Assembly: GCA_000004985.1 (NCBI GenBank)
Contig: GG738852.1
Direction: 5' to 3' (one strand)
DNA length: 64,000 bases
DNA from: Naegleria gruberi
Taxonomy: Eukaryota
In this document: one piece after another, positions 21,205 through 31,900 of the stretch
How positions within the stretch are numbered: position 1 is the first letter of the stretch
Layout of the letters: every line of letters begins with the position of its first letter
Program-made: the position numbers and the translations under genes
The notes under the pieces: generated by a model
Seen by the model: the letters and a program-made list of their open reading frames with translations, nothing else
Databases searched by the model: none
Told to the model about the DNA's origin: nothing

Positions 21205-21645
21205 TTTAGGTTAGGAACAATGTATTCTTCTTGTTGATTATGTAATTTGTTGGCAACAATATTATCTACGGAAGATTGTTGTCGAGATAATTTTTTAAAG
21301 ATGATTTTTTGAAAATTTGGCTGTTATTTTGCTTTTAATTAATTTTTAAAAAATTTGTGTAACGGCTATGATTTCTCTTTTCGTTACAGATTGTTTACAA
21401 AACGTAACTGTTTTTGGATCCTATTTAGGCGAGTGCTTGGTGATTGAAGAAGATGATGAGAACCTTGTTGAAGTTGCACTAACGTCGTTATTCAAAGATG
21501 AAGATTTTATTAAATTGTCTTTTTTCACATTTTCAATTATTCTTGAAACCAGACGCTACGTGTCTTATCTTTGCACAGAGTAGTGCTTGAAATTTTACAT
21601 GTTTGATTTGATCTTTCTAATAGACTCGACTTGTAGAAACCTCAC

Positions 21646-22551
21646 TTAAACAAAAATCGAAGAGGGAGAGACTGGATGTGGTACTTGATTCTTGTGACTC
21701 ATTGTTTGGACATAGTGTTGGAAATCCTTCTCTTGTCTGGCTTCTCTCACCTTTTCATCAAAGGTGGTCTTGGTTTCAATTTGGGATGTAAAGGAAAGCT
21801 GCTGCAAGAGTTGTTCAATAATGTGGGATTGTTGGGAGGTATCCTCCATTGTTTCACAAGGTTCCATTTCAAAATATTGACACTGACTCTTAAAGTTTCT
21901 GCTCAATAGTGAGAATAATTGATTGTAAGCTGCTTGAAATTCCTCCTCAAATATTGCCTTGCTTTGGAATGAATCTATTGGTGGTGTCACTTTAAAATTG
22001 ATTGCAACAATGAGAATTGGTATCGAATGGAGGAATGCTAAAAATTTCAATTTGATTTCATAAAAATTCCAAATATTGTTTGATGAAACCTACAATTTTG
22101 TTTGACAATATTCAACAATGCCTCCAAACTGTAATGCAATGAAATATAATCCTTTCTATTAATGACATAGATCAATCCCTTGACTCCAATTAAATTCCTT
22201 CCCTTAAGTAGATTTTCCTTATCCATTTCTACAAAATCCAATTTTTTACCTTCCTTTAATTTAAATTGTTTGAAATCAGAAAAGTTCGGAATGGTCAAAT
22301 AATCCAAAATCTTTTCAATAAGAAATGTTTTTCCACTCATCTTTAATCCCGAAACCACTCTGATGATGTCATCAACATATTCCAATAAGATGTGTTGCCA
22401 TTATTCCATTTTCATTATTAACCGATTCATTTCCAATTTAAAAAACCTACATTTTCTCAACAATCATCCTACTCTTACTCTCTTGTTTAGGCAGTGTTGA
22501 AGAGGAAGATTTGTTTGGTGAATCCTTCTTCTTTGATGAATTTCCTCCCAT
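21646..22551 (-). CDS. Divergent ARF/ARL-like small GTPase-like protein with N-myristoylation motif; 3 exons
   Basis: join(22551..22451,22359..22094,22037..21646). Exon 1 is MGGNSSKKK... (MGxxxS). A 91-nt intron (GTAGGT..atcag) and a 56-nt intron (GTAGGT..ttttag) follow, and all frames are consistent. P-loop GLKMSGKT. ARF-like blocks GLIYVINRKD and PILIVAINFKV. The DxxGQ Gln and NKxD are not conserved. Confidence 0.5.
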
Positions 22552-23037
22552 TTTTTTAATTGTAGAGAGGTTGGCTTCAACTGAGGTGTATAATTGTGGA
22601 GGGAAAGTTTGCGCATCAAGATGCAGTTATAATGCTCAATAAATAATACGAAATTCAGTTAATTAAAATTAATTGTATGATAATATGTCCAATCTCTAGA
22701 ATATGAATTTTATGAATTAATGGTGGGTGTCTATACGCTCAAATGATGATAATTTGCAAGAATACAAAAAGCCTCCGATATTAAGGCTTGCTCATTACAA
22801 AAATTTCTTCCCTCCAAGAATTTTTCTCTCTACAAACACACGAGCCTGTGTAAAGTTCTGCCTATCCTTAAAAAACCATACGAAATAAAAATAATCCACT
22901 GATTCGTATTGCAGCAGTAGTCAAGCTAAAATATTCGCCTTCTCTCGCTGCTCGCAATTTAAGGCTAATTTCATCATCAAGAAAATTAATTCTACCTAAT
23001 ATATTCACAACCACTAACAAGACCAACAACTATAAGG

Positions 23038-24588
23038 ATGGATACTACCGCATCAGACTCTGAAATAGCACATTCAATTATTAATCTTTCATCATCATCA
23101 GCATTAATTGGTTCTTCTAGCAGTCAAATAAGCGATCAACAAGCACTTCAAGACTTTTCCCTCTTCGTCCAGAGAACTGACCAGGAAACTGCATCAACTC
23201 TTCCTATCAATGATCATGAGAGTCCTGTTGAGGGTGAAAAACCTGCCCTTAGAAAGGGAAGACCAAGTAGAAAGAAGGGTAGACTCTACAAACAAACAGA
23301 AAACTTGGAAGACTTTCCAGAACCAATGCCAATTCCAACAGTAGGTTCATCACGAAGAGGTAAAAAGGTTAAGAGTCAATCTCCATCCTCTCCACCTTCC
23401 TATCAGCCTGTATTTTCACAAGCTGTTGTTTCACCTCCACCTTTCTTGCAACCTCCATCAAGCAGCAATCCACAATCAAGCCAATATCCACAACCTTATT
23501 CACCATATATACTTTCATCTCCACCATCATCATCAAAGAAAAGATCTAAATCCAATGCTTCTGACGATGAATATGAAGAAGGAAGAATTACCTTTTCCCA
23601 TACATTACCTCCACTTACTATTCCTCAAGTGAGAGTTCCTCCAGGAACACAACCTGTTTATATTGTTGTTCCAGTCCCAATGTATCATCCTCATCCAACA
23701 AACTATTCTCAACAGCAACAACAACAACAGCAACAGCAATATCAAGAACAAGATAATAGTAGTGATAGTGATTACCAAGCATCAATTATTGAAGATGAAA
23801 TTGAAGAAAGAACCCCTACCAAGAGAAATTATGAAAAGAAGAGAAAGATTGATGAAGAGGAAAAGATAGAAGAAATGAAGAGAAAGAGAATTGAAATTGA
23901 TGATAATAACGATTCTCTCTTTGATAGACTTGTTCCTGGTGAAGGTATTCTCTATAGAAGAAGAAGAAAGTTGAATACCAAGCATAAGGCTGATGAGGCT
24001 AATGGTTGTAGTGATAGAATGTACTCTCTCTTCCCAAAGATTTCAACATGTTGTGGAAAGACAAAGAGTTTAGCCTACAATGGATCTCAAGCAGGTAAAG
24101 GATACCATTACATTCTCAAATACAAACCAACTCAAGTAGAATCAGATAGATTCAATCAAATTATTAAGGATGGTGCTGATTTGTCACTCTTTGTTGAATC
24201 AAGTGATAGTACCAAGTCTCCATTTGCATGTTACTCAACTCTTGGAAAGAGAACTGATAATAGTCCACCAGTTATTGCTTTCCGTGGTGCATCTCAATAC
24301 TTGGAATGTTGCTTTAGAGTTGAAAAGGAAGGTGAAAAGAGACATGGAATTTCTGATTCTTCCAGCTATACTTTGGCTATCAAGTCTGGTGATGAAAAGA
24401 TTGTCTCCTCTCAACCATTCAAATTAATCTCCAAGGAAAAGCCAGAGGAACCATGTGGCAAAGCTCCAACTTGCATTAGAAATAGGCCAAAAATTGAAGA
24501 AACCAAGCTCAAAGTTGAAGAAACCAAGCCAAAAGCAGCTGATGAGCAATCAGCTCTTCAACCAAAACCTGAAGAGAAGCAACAATAA
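23038..24588 (+). CDS. S/P/Q-rich nuclear-type protein with AT-hook (RKGRPSRKKGR)
   Basis: ATG start. AT-hook GRP core. Poly-Q tract. Cys-containing C-terminal domain of unknown family. Confidence 0.45.
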   Translation: MDTTASDSEIAHSIINLSSSSALIGSSSSQISDQQALQDFSLFVQRTDQETASTLPINDHESPVEGEKPALRKGRPSRKKGRLYKQTENLEDFPEPMPIPTVGSSRRGKKVKSQSPSSPPSYQPVFSQAVVSPPPFLQPPSSSNPQSSQYPQPYSPYILSSPPSSSKKRSKSNASDDEYEEGRITFSHTLPPLTIPQVRVPPGTQPVYIVVPVPMYHPHPTNYSQQQQQQQQQQYQEQDNSSDSDYQASIIEDEIEERTPTKRNYEKKRKIDEEEKIEEMKRKRIEIDDNNDSLFDRLVPGEGILYRRRRKLNTKHKADEANGCSDRMYSLFPKISTCCGKTKSLAYNGSQAGKGYHYILKYKPTQVESDRFNQIIKDGADLSLFVESSDSTKSPFACYSTLGKRTDNSPPVIAFRGASQYLECCFRVEKEGEKRHGISDSSSYTLAIKSGDEKIVSSQPFKLISKEKPEEPCGKAPTCIRNRPKIEETKLKVEETKPKAADEQSALQPKPEEKQQ

Positions 24589-25004
24589 TGTACAAATAAA
24601 TCAAACATGTAAAACAATAGTTGTGCTGATTTGTCACTCTTTGTGAAATGATGGCATTTAGCACCACTGAATATCTCACATTTTGTTGATACTGTTGTAG
24701 ATGAAGTATTCCTTCGAGATATCATCATTAATATTACCCATGTTGATTATTTTCATGATTCCTTTATGGAAACCGATAGAGTTTCGTTTTTCAACACAAG
24801 GTTTCTGTCCTGTCATTCATCATCCAATCAAACAAGAGAGTCAACAACAAACCACTGTTGAACCTTCATCATTCACACTATCATCCATAATGGTACCCTG
24901 AAAGTCATTCTAATTAGAGAAAATTACATTCACTAGCTTTTCGTATCGCTATTGGATTTTTCTGTTGAAAACGTTTTTTTTTTGAATTGAAAAATCAAAC
25001 AAAA

Positions 25005-27920
25005 ATGAGTGGTTTGCCCTCAACTTTAGAATCTCCCTCCAAAATTTCTTCAACAGAAGCTACTCCCTTCATCATGCAACAACAACAGGAACCAACAACA
25101 ACATTTTCAGTTACTACAACAACAACAACACCAGTGGACACTAATAGTGACGAGTATATAGATAACACTAATCCTAACCATACAATAATAGATCATCATT
25201 CTCTTTCGTCGGAATCAATGACAGAAAAAACACTTGTAAATAATTCTTTATTCTCCTCACCAGCATTGGTTACTAACGATGCAATTGATCATCATGATGA
25301 AAATAATAGTGATGGAATGACCAAATTAACTTCTCCACAAACTCCTCAACAACAATCACAACAACAACCAATATCATCATCGTCGGCGATGGAAACAGGT
25401 TCAGACAGTTCTTCTCCATGCTCCTCTCCAACAAGTCCAACCATGATGATCACCGATACGAGCCCACCAACAAGTCCTACCGATAATCTTCTTCAAAGTA
25501 ATATTAAGAGAAAGAAATCAGTAACATTTCATCCGAAAATTGTTACCTCTTCGAGACTTCTCTCTCCAGCAACACCACACATCCAAGATGAAGAAACTGA
25601 TGATGCAGTAACAACTCCAGAAAATGATCCATCCAATCATGGCACTAATTCATCAATCTTTTTCAAACATCCATTCTGGTTAGTGAATGCATTTCAAAAA
25701 TCTTGGAGAGCCAAATTACAGGACATGGATGAAGAGGATGAAAATTCTCCCAATTCTCTCACATTGGAGAAGGTTATGAGTCGTTCCATTGATATTGAAA
25801 GCCCTATTTGGTACTTTATTCCAAAGAAATTAATTACCAAATACTCCTCATCACCATTGAATGAAAAACTTGTTGCCGATTCACAAACTACCATCATTGA
25901 TTCGTATGATATTGAGGAGAGTGTACTGGATCCTAAATATGAAGTCTACTTTAATTATTGGGCTCAATTGAGGGATACACTATTCTTAAAGCTGAGGAAG
26001 GAAAATAGGAAAAAGTCTGAAAAGAATTCTTCAAATATTCAATTGTGGCATGGATATCATAATGCTGCCATTCTTTCATTCTTTATTGAGACACAGAGAG
26101 AAAGTTTATGTGATTTGCAGAAGGCTATTCACTTTCGTATTTTTGACCTCTTATTTGAATCAATAGCTCAAAATACAGCTGAAAAGGAGGATAATGTTAC
26201 AGTTATTTCAGATCAAGAATTAACATTGATGAAAACAGTTTGTTTTCTCTATATAGAAACCGACCATTTATTCCATGCTTCGAGTGTGCTCTACCATATT
26301 ATTAGAAATTACTGTTTCACTCCAGAGATTTATCAGAAACTTGTTCAGAAATGGAATAAGGCTTCTGGTACCTCTTCTTCACCTAGTAGTAGTACTGCTA
26401 ATGGCAATAACGAAAACAAGGCCGAGGCTTTCCCTGCTGTCAATATGGACTGGAAGGTCATTTATTTGGTCCTTCGACTAATTTCAAAATATATCGAACA
26501 CAAACAAAATAACTCACAAAGAGAAAATTTCACTTCCCTTTCTCAATATGAAGAATATTGTAAGGTTGGAAAAGGATTTTCTCAACTTTCCATAGATGAT
26601 TTGACTTTCTTCAGAAGTGCAATCATTGAAATAATATGTAAATTCAAGCCAAATCATGATCTCTATAGTTTATGGAAAGGAAAATGGGAAATTCCAGAAA
26701 GTGCTGCTGCTATGAACCCATTAAAGTTTCCAAAACTCGAATCTGAGCAAGAAATCTTGGAAAATTGCTTTTACATTTTACATTTGGTTATTTCCAAAGA
26801 ACGAGAAAGAATGGTCTCTGAAAAGGAATCTCCAGCCACAAATCTGGAAAAGGATTCCATTAAGGATTTCATTCGTGGAAAACCATCAGAAAACAAATCA
26901 TCACTAACTCTAATGGGGCGATTACGAAATTGGTTACACAACCTCAAATCATCATTGAGGAGAACTAATTGGCGTCGTTTGATCATGTACATTGCTGGAA
27001 TTGTTGGAATTGGTATTATAACCAAGATGATTTACCAATTCTTCTCTCCTAGAAGTACTTTCATTGATGAGAGGAATGATTTTAGTTTGAGTAGGAATGA
27101 ATTACATCTTCCTTACTTGACCAATACAACCAGCCAAACTTTCTTACCATCTCCATCACTGCATCAAAGAACTGATTTTGCAGATACTAACAACTTTGGC
27201 TTACCTAAAACCCTCGGAGGTCAAGTCACCAAATCGACAACATCATCAATTATTCCACCACCTATTTCAACACTTGGAACTAATAGCAAGCAACATCCTG
27301 AAAATCTCAATCTCTCCAAAGATAATATTCAAACCATTTTAAAGCCAAGTACATTCAAAGAAGATTTTTACAAAAAGATTGAGTCACCAAATAAGCAACC
27401 AACTGATATTATTGTTGAAAGAGATTTCAATTATATTACCTCATTGAGAAATGAAATGGATCACGTATTTGATGTTACAGAAAGGATGAAAAAGCCAACT
27501 CAACCAAACAAAGTGGAACAACCAAGTAGTACAAACAAGAAACCAATTGTTACCTTCCAGGTAGGCGAGCAACATGATAGAATAGACGATGATGATCTTT
27601 CTCTATCTCATAATAAGAAGCAATCTTCAACAAAACTTTCGCACGACGAGGATCCATCAAACTACACACCAAAGAGTATTGGAGATGAGCTTCCTCCATT
27701 CACTGGAGGTACAAATTCTAATTTGGCTTCCTTTATTGGAACAGAACAACCAGTTCTTACTAACAAGGCAGCAGCCACTGCCAATAACAGACTCAACAAC
27801 CTTAACAGAACTGTCAATGCAACTGCCAACAGAGTGCCAAGACAAACACCAAGAAAGACAACAAATACACCAAATACCACTGGACCAAAGGTGTTCGGCA
27901 AAAGAAAGCAAAACTTGTGA
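25005..27920 (+). CDS. Large low-complexity protein with one predicted TM helix
   Basis: Track ORF starts at TTG 24987; ATG 25005 (MSGLPSTL). T/S/Q-rich N-terminus. TM IMYIAGIVGIGIITKMIY near residue 660. N/T-rich C-terminus. Confidence 0.4.
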   Translation: MSGLPSTLESPSKISSTEATPFIMQQQQEPTTTFSVTTTTTTPVDTNSDEYIDNTNPNHTIIDHHSLSSESMTEKTLVNNSLFSSPALVTNDAIDHHDENNSDGMTKLTSPQTPQQQSQQQPISSSSAMETGSDSSSPCSSPTSPTMMITDTSPPTSPTDNLLQSNIKRKKSVTFHPKIVTSSRLLSPATPHIQDEETDDAVTTPENDPSNHGTNSSIFFKHPFWLVNAFQKSWRAKLQDMDEEDENSPNSLTLEKVMSRSIDIESPIWYFIPKKLITKYSSSPLNEKLVADSQTTIIDSYDIEESVLDPKYEVYFNYWAQLRDTLFLKLRKENRKKSEKNSSNIQLWHGYHNAAILSFFIETQRESLCDLQKAIHFRIFDLLFESIAQNTAEKEDNVTVISDQELTLMKTVCFLYIETDHLFHASSVLYHIIRNYCFTPEIYQKLVQKWNKASGTSSSPSSSTANGNNENKAEAFPAVNMDWKVIYLVLRLISKYIEHKQNNSQRENFTSLSQYEEYCKVGKGFSQLSIDDLTFFRSAIIEIICKFKPNHDLYSLWKGKWEIPESAAAMNPLKFPKLESEQEILENCFYILHLVISKERERMVSEKESPATNLEKDSIKDFIRGKPSENKSSLTLMGRLRNWLHNLKSSLRRTNWRRLIMYIAGIVGIGIITKMIYQFFSPRSTFIDERNDFSLSRNELHLPYLTNTTSQTFLPSPSLHQRTDFADTNNFGLPKTLGGQVTKSTTSSIIPPPISTLGTNSKQHPENLNLSKDNIQTILKPSTFKEDFYKKIESPNKQPTDIIVERDFNYITSLRNEMDHVFDVTERMKKPTQPNKVEQPSSTNKKPIVTFQVGEQHDRIDDDDLSLSHNKKQSSTKLSHDEDPSNYTPKSIGDELPPFTGGTNSNLASFIGTEQPVLTNKAAATANNRLNNLNRTVNATANRVPRQTPRKTTNTPNTTGPKVFGKRKQNL

Positions 27921-27933
27921 GAATAAATATTTT

Positions 27934-28823
27934 TTAATTTGCCTTGTAGAGAATTTCATAATGACCTGGTCTGAAGAGGAGGTGAATAATTGGTTCTTCA
28001 CTTGAACCATCTTCAGGAATGGTATAACCAAATATTGATACATCAGATCTTGTTTGAGCATCCAAAACTTCAATTCTAACCTTAACTCCAAATGCTGCTG
28101 CGAGGGCAGTAATATGAATGTTGTCACTGTCCTTTCCCATAATTTCAATTTCTCTCGAACAGAAATCTTTTGCAGTAGCATATTGATCCAAAAAGAATGG
28201 TAAAAAGTCATCAGAGTTCAATTGAATATAACAAGAAAGCAAAAATCTGAAAAAGCAAATGAGAGCATCTGATTCCATCATGGTATCAGGTGTCTTGTCA
28301 CTGAAATAGTTCTCAATAAGAGTATTCACATCAGCAATAGATCCATCCCTTACTAGCTCAAATACTCTCTTGGTTGATTCATAGAAATCTTCAAGACAAT
28401 ACTCTGGATATTTCAAATCATTAATCAATGCATGATAATACTTGTCAATACGTGAAATTATACTTTTTGTCAATTCAGGATTTTTCTGATCAATCAAATA
28501 TTCCAGCAATTCAAACACAAATCCTCTCAAGAAACAATTGCCATCACCTCTAATTCCTCTAATCTTTTTATATTCCTTCATAAATGAAGATTTTTTAATC
28601 TTTTCCTGAACACTTTGATCATGCATGTTGTATGACAATGTTTCAACAGTTAAATTTGAAGCTTCCGGATCAACGATCGGATACTTTTTAATTTCACTCT
28701 CGATATTCTTTTGTTGATTTTCGAATTGTTCATAAGAATAACCAGCAGCTGCAGCAGAGGAACTACACCATTATTATTTTGAGAATTACCAGTGGCGGCA
28801 GCAGGTGGTAGATGTTGACTCAT
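27934..28823 (-). CDS. OTUB1: Otubain-type OTU deubiquitinase (OTUB1-like); 2 exons
   Basis: join(28823..28790,28748..27934). Catalytic motif IRGDGNCFLRGF. C-terminal LLFRPGHYEILY. The N-terminus aligns to OTUB1 (NIESEIKKYPIVDPEA...KEYKKIRGIRGDGNCF). The initiator exon MSQHLPPAAAT joins only after removing a 41-nt GTAATT..CTGCAG intron. Otherwise there is a +1 frame offset. Confidence 0.8.
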
Positions 28824-28925
28824 TTTTTCTTCTATTATTAGAAGAGGTGAAACTTTACAATAATGAAATGTTCCACAAAATCCAATTCAATTCATTCAGC
28901 AACAATGATCAGTGGAGAAGAAAAT

Positions 28926-31900
28926 TTATTGGTTATGTGGTGTTTGTTTCTCCAAATGGTCAAGAATGGCTTTGGCTGATGGTCTTGATTGATAATCTTT
29001 GGCCAACATGGAAATTGTTAAATCAATCAAGTCTTGAGAGTATTTTCCAGCGTTTGTTAATTTTTCTTTTAGGAATTCTTTAACAGTTTCTGTTTCTTTC
29101 ATCATGTAGAGTTGACTGATTGAGGTATCTGTATCTTTACTCATAATTTGGTATATAGTCACACCTAAACTGTATATATCAGTTGTTGAATTGTATTTTC
29201 CACCGACTGACATTTCAGGAGACATGAAAAGAGGTGTACCACAGTAAGAAACATTTACAGATCCTTGATTTTGACGAGCTAAACCAAAGTCAGCAACAAT
29301 GATGTGGACATCATTTTCATCGATTGATTTGATAAAAATGTTATTTGGTTTGATATCTCTGTGAATTAATGACATGCTTGAGTGAATGTAATCCAAAGCT
29401 TGACATGATTGATCCAAAATCTTTCTAACTATTATTTCTGAACAGTATCCCTCACACTTGATAAGATTGGTTAAATCTCCCTTTTCATAATAATCCATAT
29501 CAATACACAATAATTGATCATTGTCAACAAAGAATTCATTGACTTTGAGAATGTAAGGGTGATTGATATTCATCAATTGAGCCCCTTCTTTCATAATTGA
29601 ATTCAAATCTTCAAAGGATGTGAATTTCATAACTTTGAGCGCCTTTTCATGGTTGTTTCTACTGTCTGTTGCTCTAAAAACTGATCCAAATCCGCCTTGA
29701 CCAATCTTTGACATGTTTTTATATCTTTGTGAAATTGGATCAGACGAGGTGGATGTATTTGAACCTGCAGAATTGTTGTGGAGTGGAGCAAATGACATAC
29801 TGTTGTTTGATGGGAAATCCAAGGAAGCTGATGTTTGCAATTCAATATAAAAACTATTGTTAGGGAAGTTGGCAGTGTTTTGAGAACTTTGTAACTGTTC
29901 TTTTTGGTGTAATCTTTGTGATTCTTGATCTAATTGTTCCTTCTTTCTCTTTGCCTTGATTCTCAATAAGACAACTATTATTACAATCACAACAATAATA
30001 ATTATCAATAGGAGAATGCCTAGAGAGAGGCCAACACCTAGTCCTATACCAAGAGATTGATCGTCTGTTGTGATTCTCTTTGATACTGTTGGTACTGTCG
30101 GTGTTGATGAAGATGTAGCTTGGCTATCAATTACACCAAAAGAAGTAAGGTGAGTCGTATAACAGTTAATATTGAAATATAAAGTATTAGACTCATTCTT
30201 GGTTAAAACAAAGTTAGTAGTTAATCCATCATAGGCCCACTTATTATTGGTTGTATCATAATATGTACAGGTAATGTTACTAGTAGAATTGGCCTTATAC
30301 ACCAAGTTATTGAAATTGATTACAATCTTATTGTTAAGCTTGTTAACTTTAACTAAAGCACCACTCAATTGAACAGAAATATCAATCAGAGGACTAATCA
30401 GGTCAGAAGATACGTATGAAGAGTAGCTAATATCATAAGAAAGAGTATTGTCGAAACCAAGAGCAGATAATTGACTTGAAAAATCAGATGGGAATACTAC
30501 ATTGGTTCCAATCATGGAAACAGCCTTTCCATCCAATTGGTTTAGCAACAATCCTGTTTGCATGTTTGTTTCTCCTTGAGGCAAATCTGTGTGAATAATA
30601 GAGTTGCCAGTAGTATTAGAACTTTGAGAAATTAACAACTTATTCAAGTTGGCCATATTATTGACGAATGGAGCAGGGGAAGAAACGGTGCTCATAATAT
30701 TGAACAAATCTACAATCTCATTGTAATGTTCATTGTCAATAATGAAAGGAAGAACTGAAGGGGAGTAAATATTTGAGGATGCACTAATACTCGAAAAGAT
30801 GTAAGTCATCCAAGATGAAAGACTTGAACTTTGAGTGGAAACAGTGCTTGGTGATAGCGTATTCAATAATACATAGATTGTTCTCAAGGGTGGAACGACC
30901 AAGGCAATAATCTTCTCATCGACGTTATAACCTGTGTTCTTCATTTGATACAGAACTGAACTCATATCAACCAATAATACTACTATTTGATTGGAGGTTG
31001 TTGAATCAAGTAAAGAAGGCAATAGGGCTATTGGAGTGTCTTGAATAAATAAGGACAACAAGGATGAGATATAATTTGCTGTATAAATAGAAATTTGCTT
31101 TTGAGATTTCAACAGTTGATATTGAGTATTGAGATAGTTATATCTGGAAGTGAATGAATTATCAGCAGCAAGACCAGAGGGCAATTTTACAACAATGTTG
31201 TACTTAGCAATTGCTAAAGAACCACTTGTTGTTACAAGCTTGACAATTACATTTAAATTTCCACCATTAACAAATGGAAGTGGTGTTACAGTTACTGATT
31301 TTGGAGTGTTTGAAAGAATTCCAACTCTTGAAGTACCATTATTAACTTGCATAATGAAACCAGATATCTTCTCCTTATTATTCACACACGAAATGACAAA
31401 TGAAGTTTCATAGGCAACATTTGAATTCAAAGGATCATATAATTGGCAACTGAATCTTGGCATCAAATCAACAGTTGTGATCACATTTGCAGATGATTGA
31501 CCTTGCCCATTTGTTACCTTCAATTGAATCTTGTAGTTCTCTCCCTGAATCAATCTAGAACTATCTATCAACAAGTTACTTTGAATGTTGGTTGAAAATG
31601 CAGTATTCCTTGCCGATTGTTGTATAACAGCTGAAACACTATTCTCACCATTGAAAAGTTTGATTGTTCCTTGAATCAATTCCCATTTCAATTCAGAAAT
31701 AGTTGATGCAGAGGTTATAGTGGCCTGAATTAACAAACTCTTTCCGTAAGGATAAACGTCTGGAATGGTATTTAGTTTAATGGCGGGAACATTCTGAGGT
31801 ACATTTACAACACTGATTGTTCCGCTCAGAGTCTGACTAGCTATACCAGAAACCGAAGCAGTTAAACTGATAGTGTAATCTCCTACAGGTAAATTACCAG

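Noticed and set aside
21368-21583. 71-codon plus ORF in the cyclin upstream spacer
   Set aside because: No start context and no domain. Probably a spurious ORF in promoter DNA.
22700-22900. C-box-like TGATGA and D-box-like CTGA in the 22552–23037 spacer (candidate C/D snoRNA)
   Set aside because: The boxes are ~170 nt apart with no terminal stem or antisense guide recognisable. Insufficient evidence.
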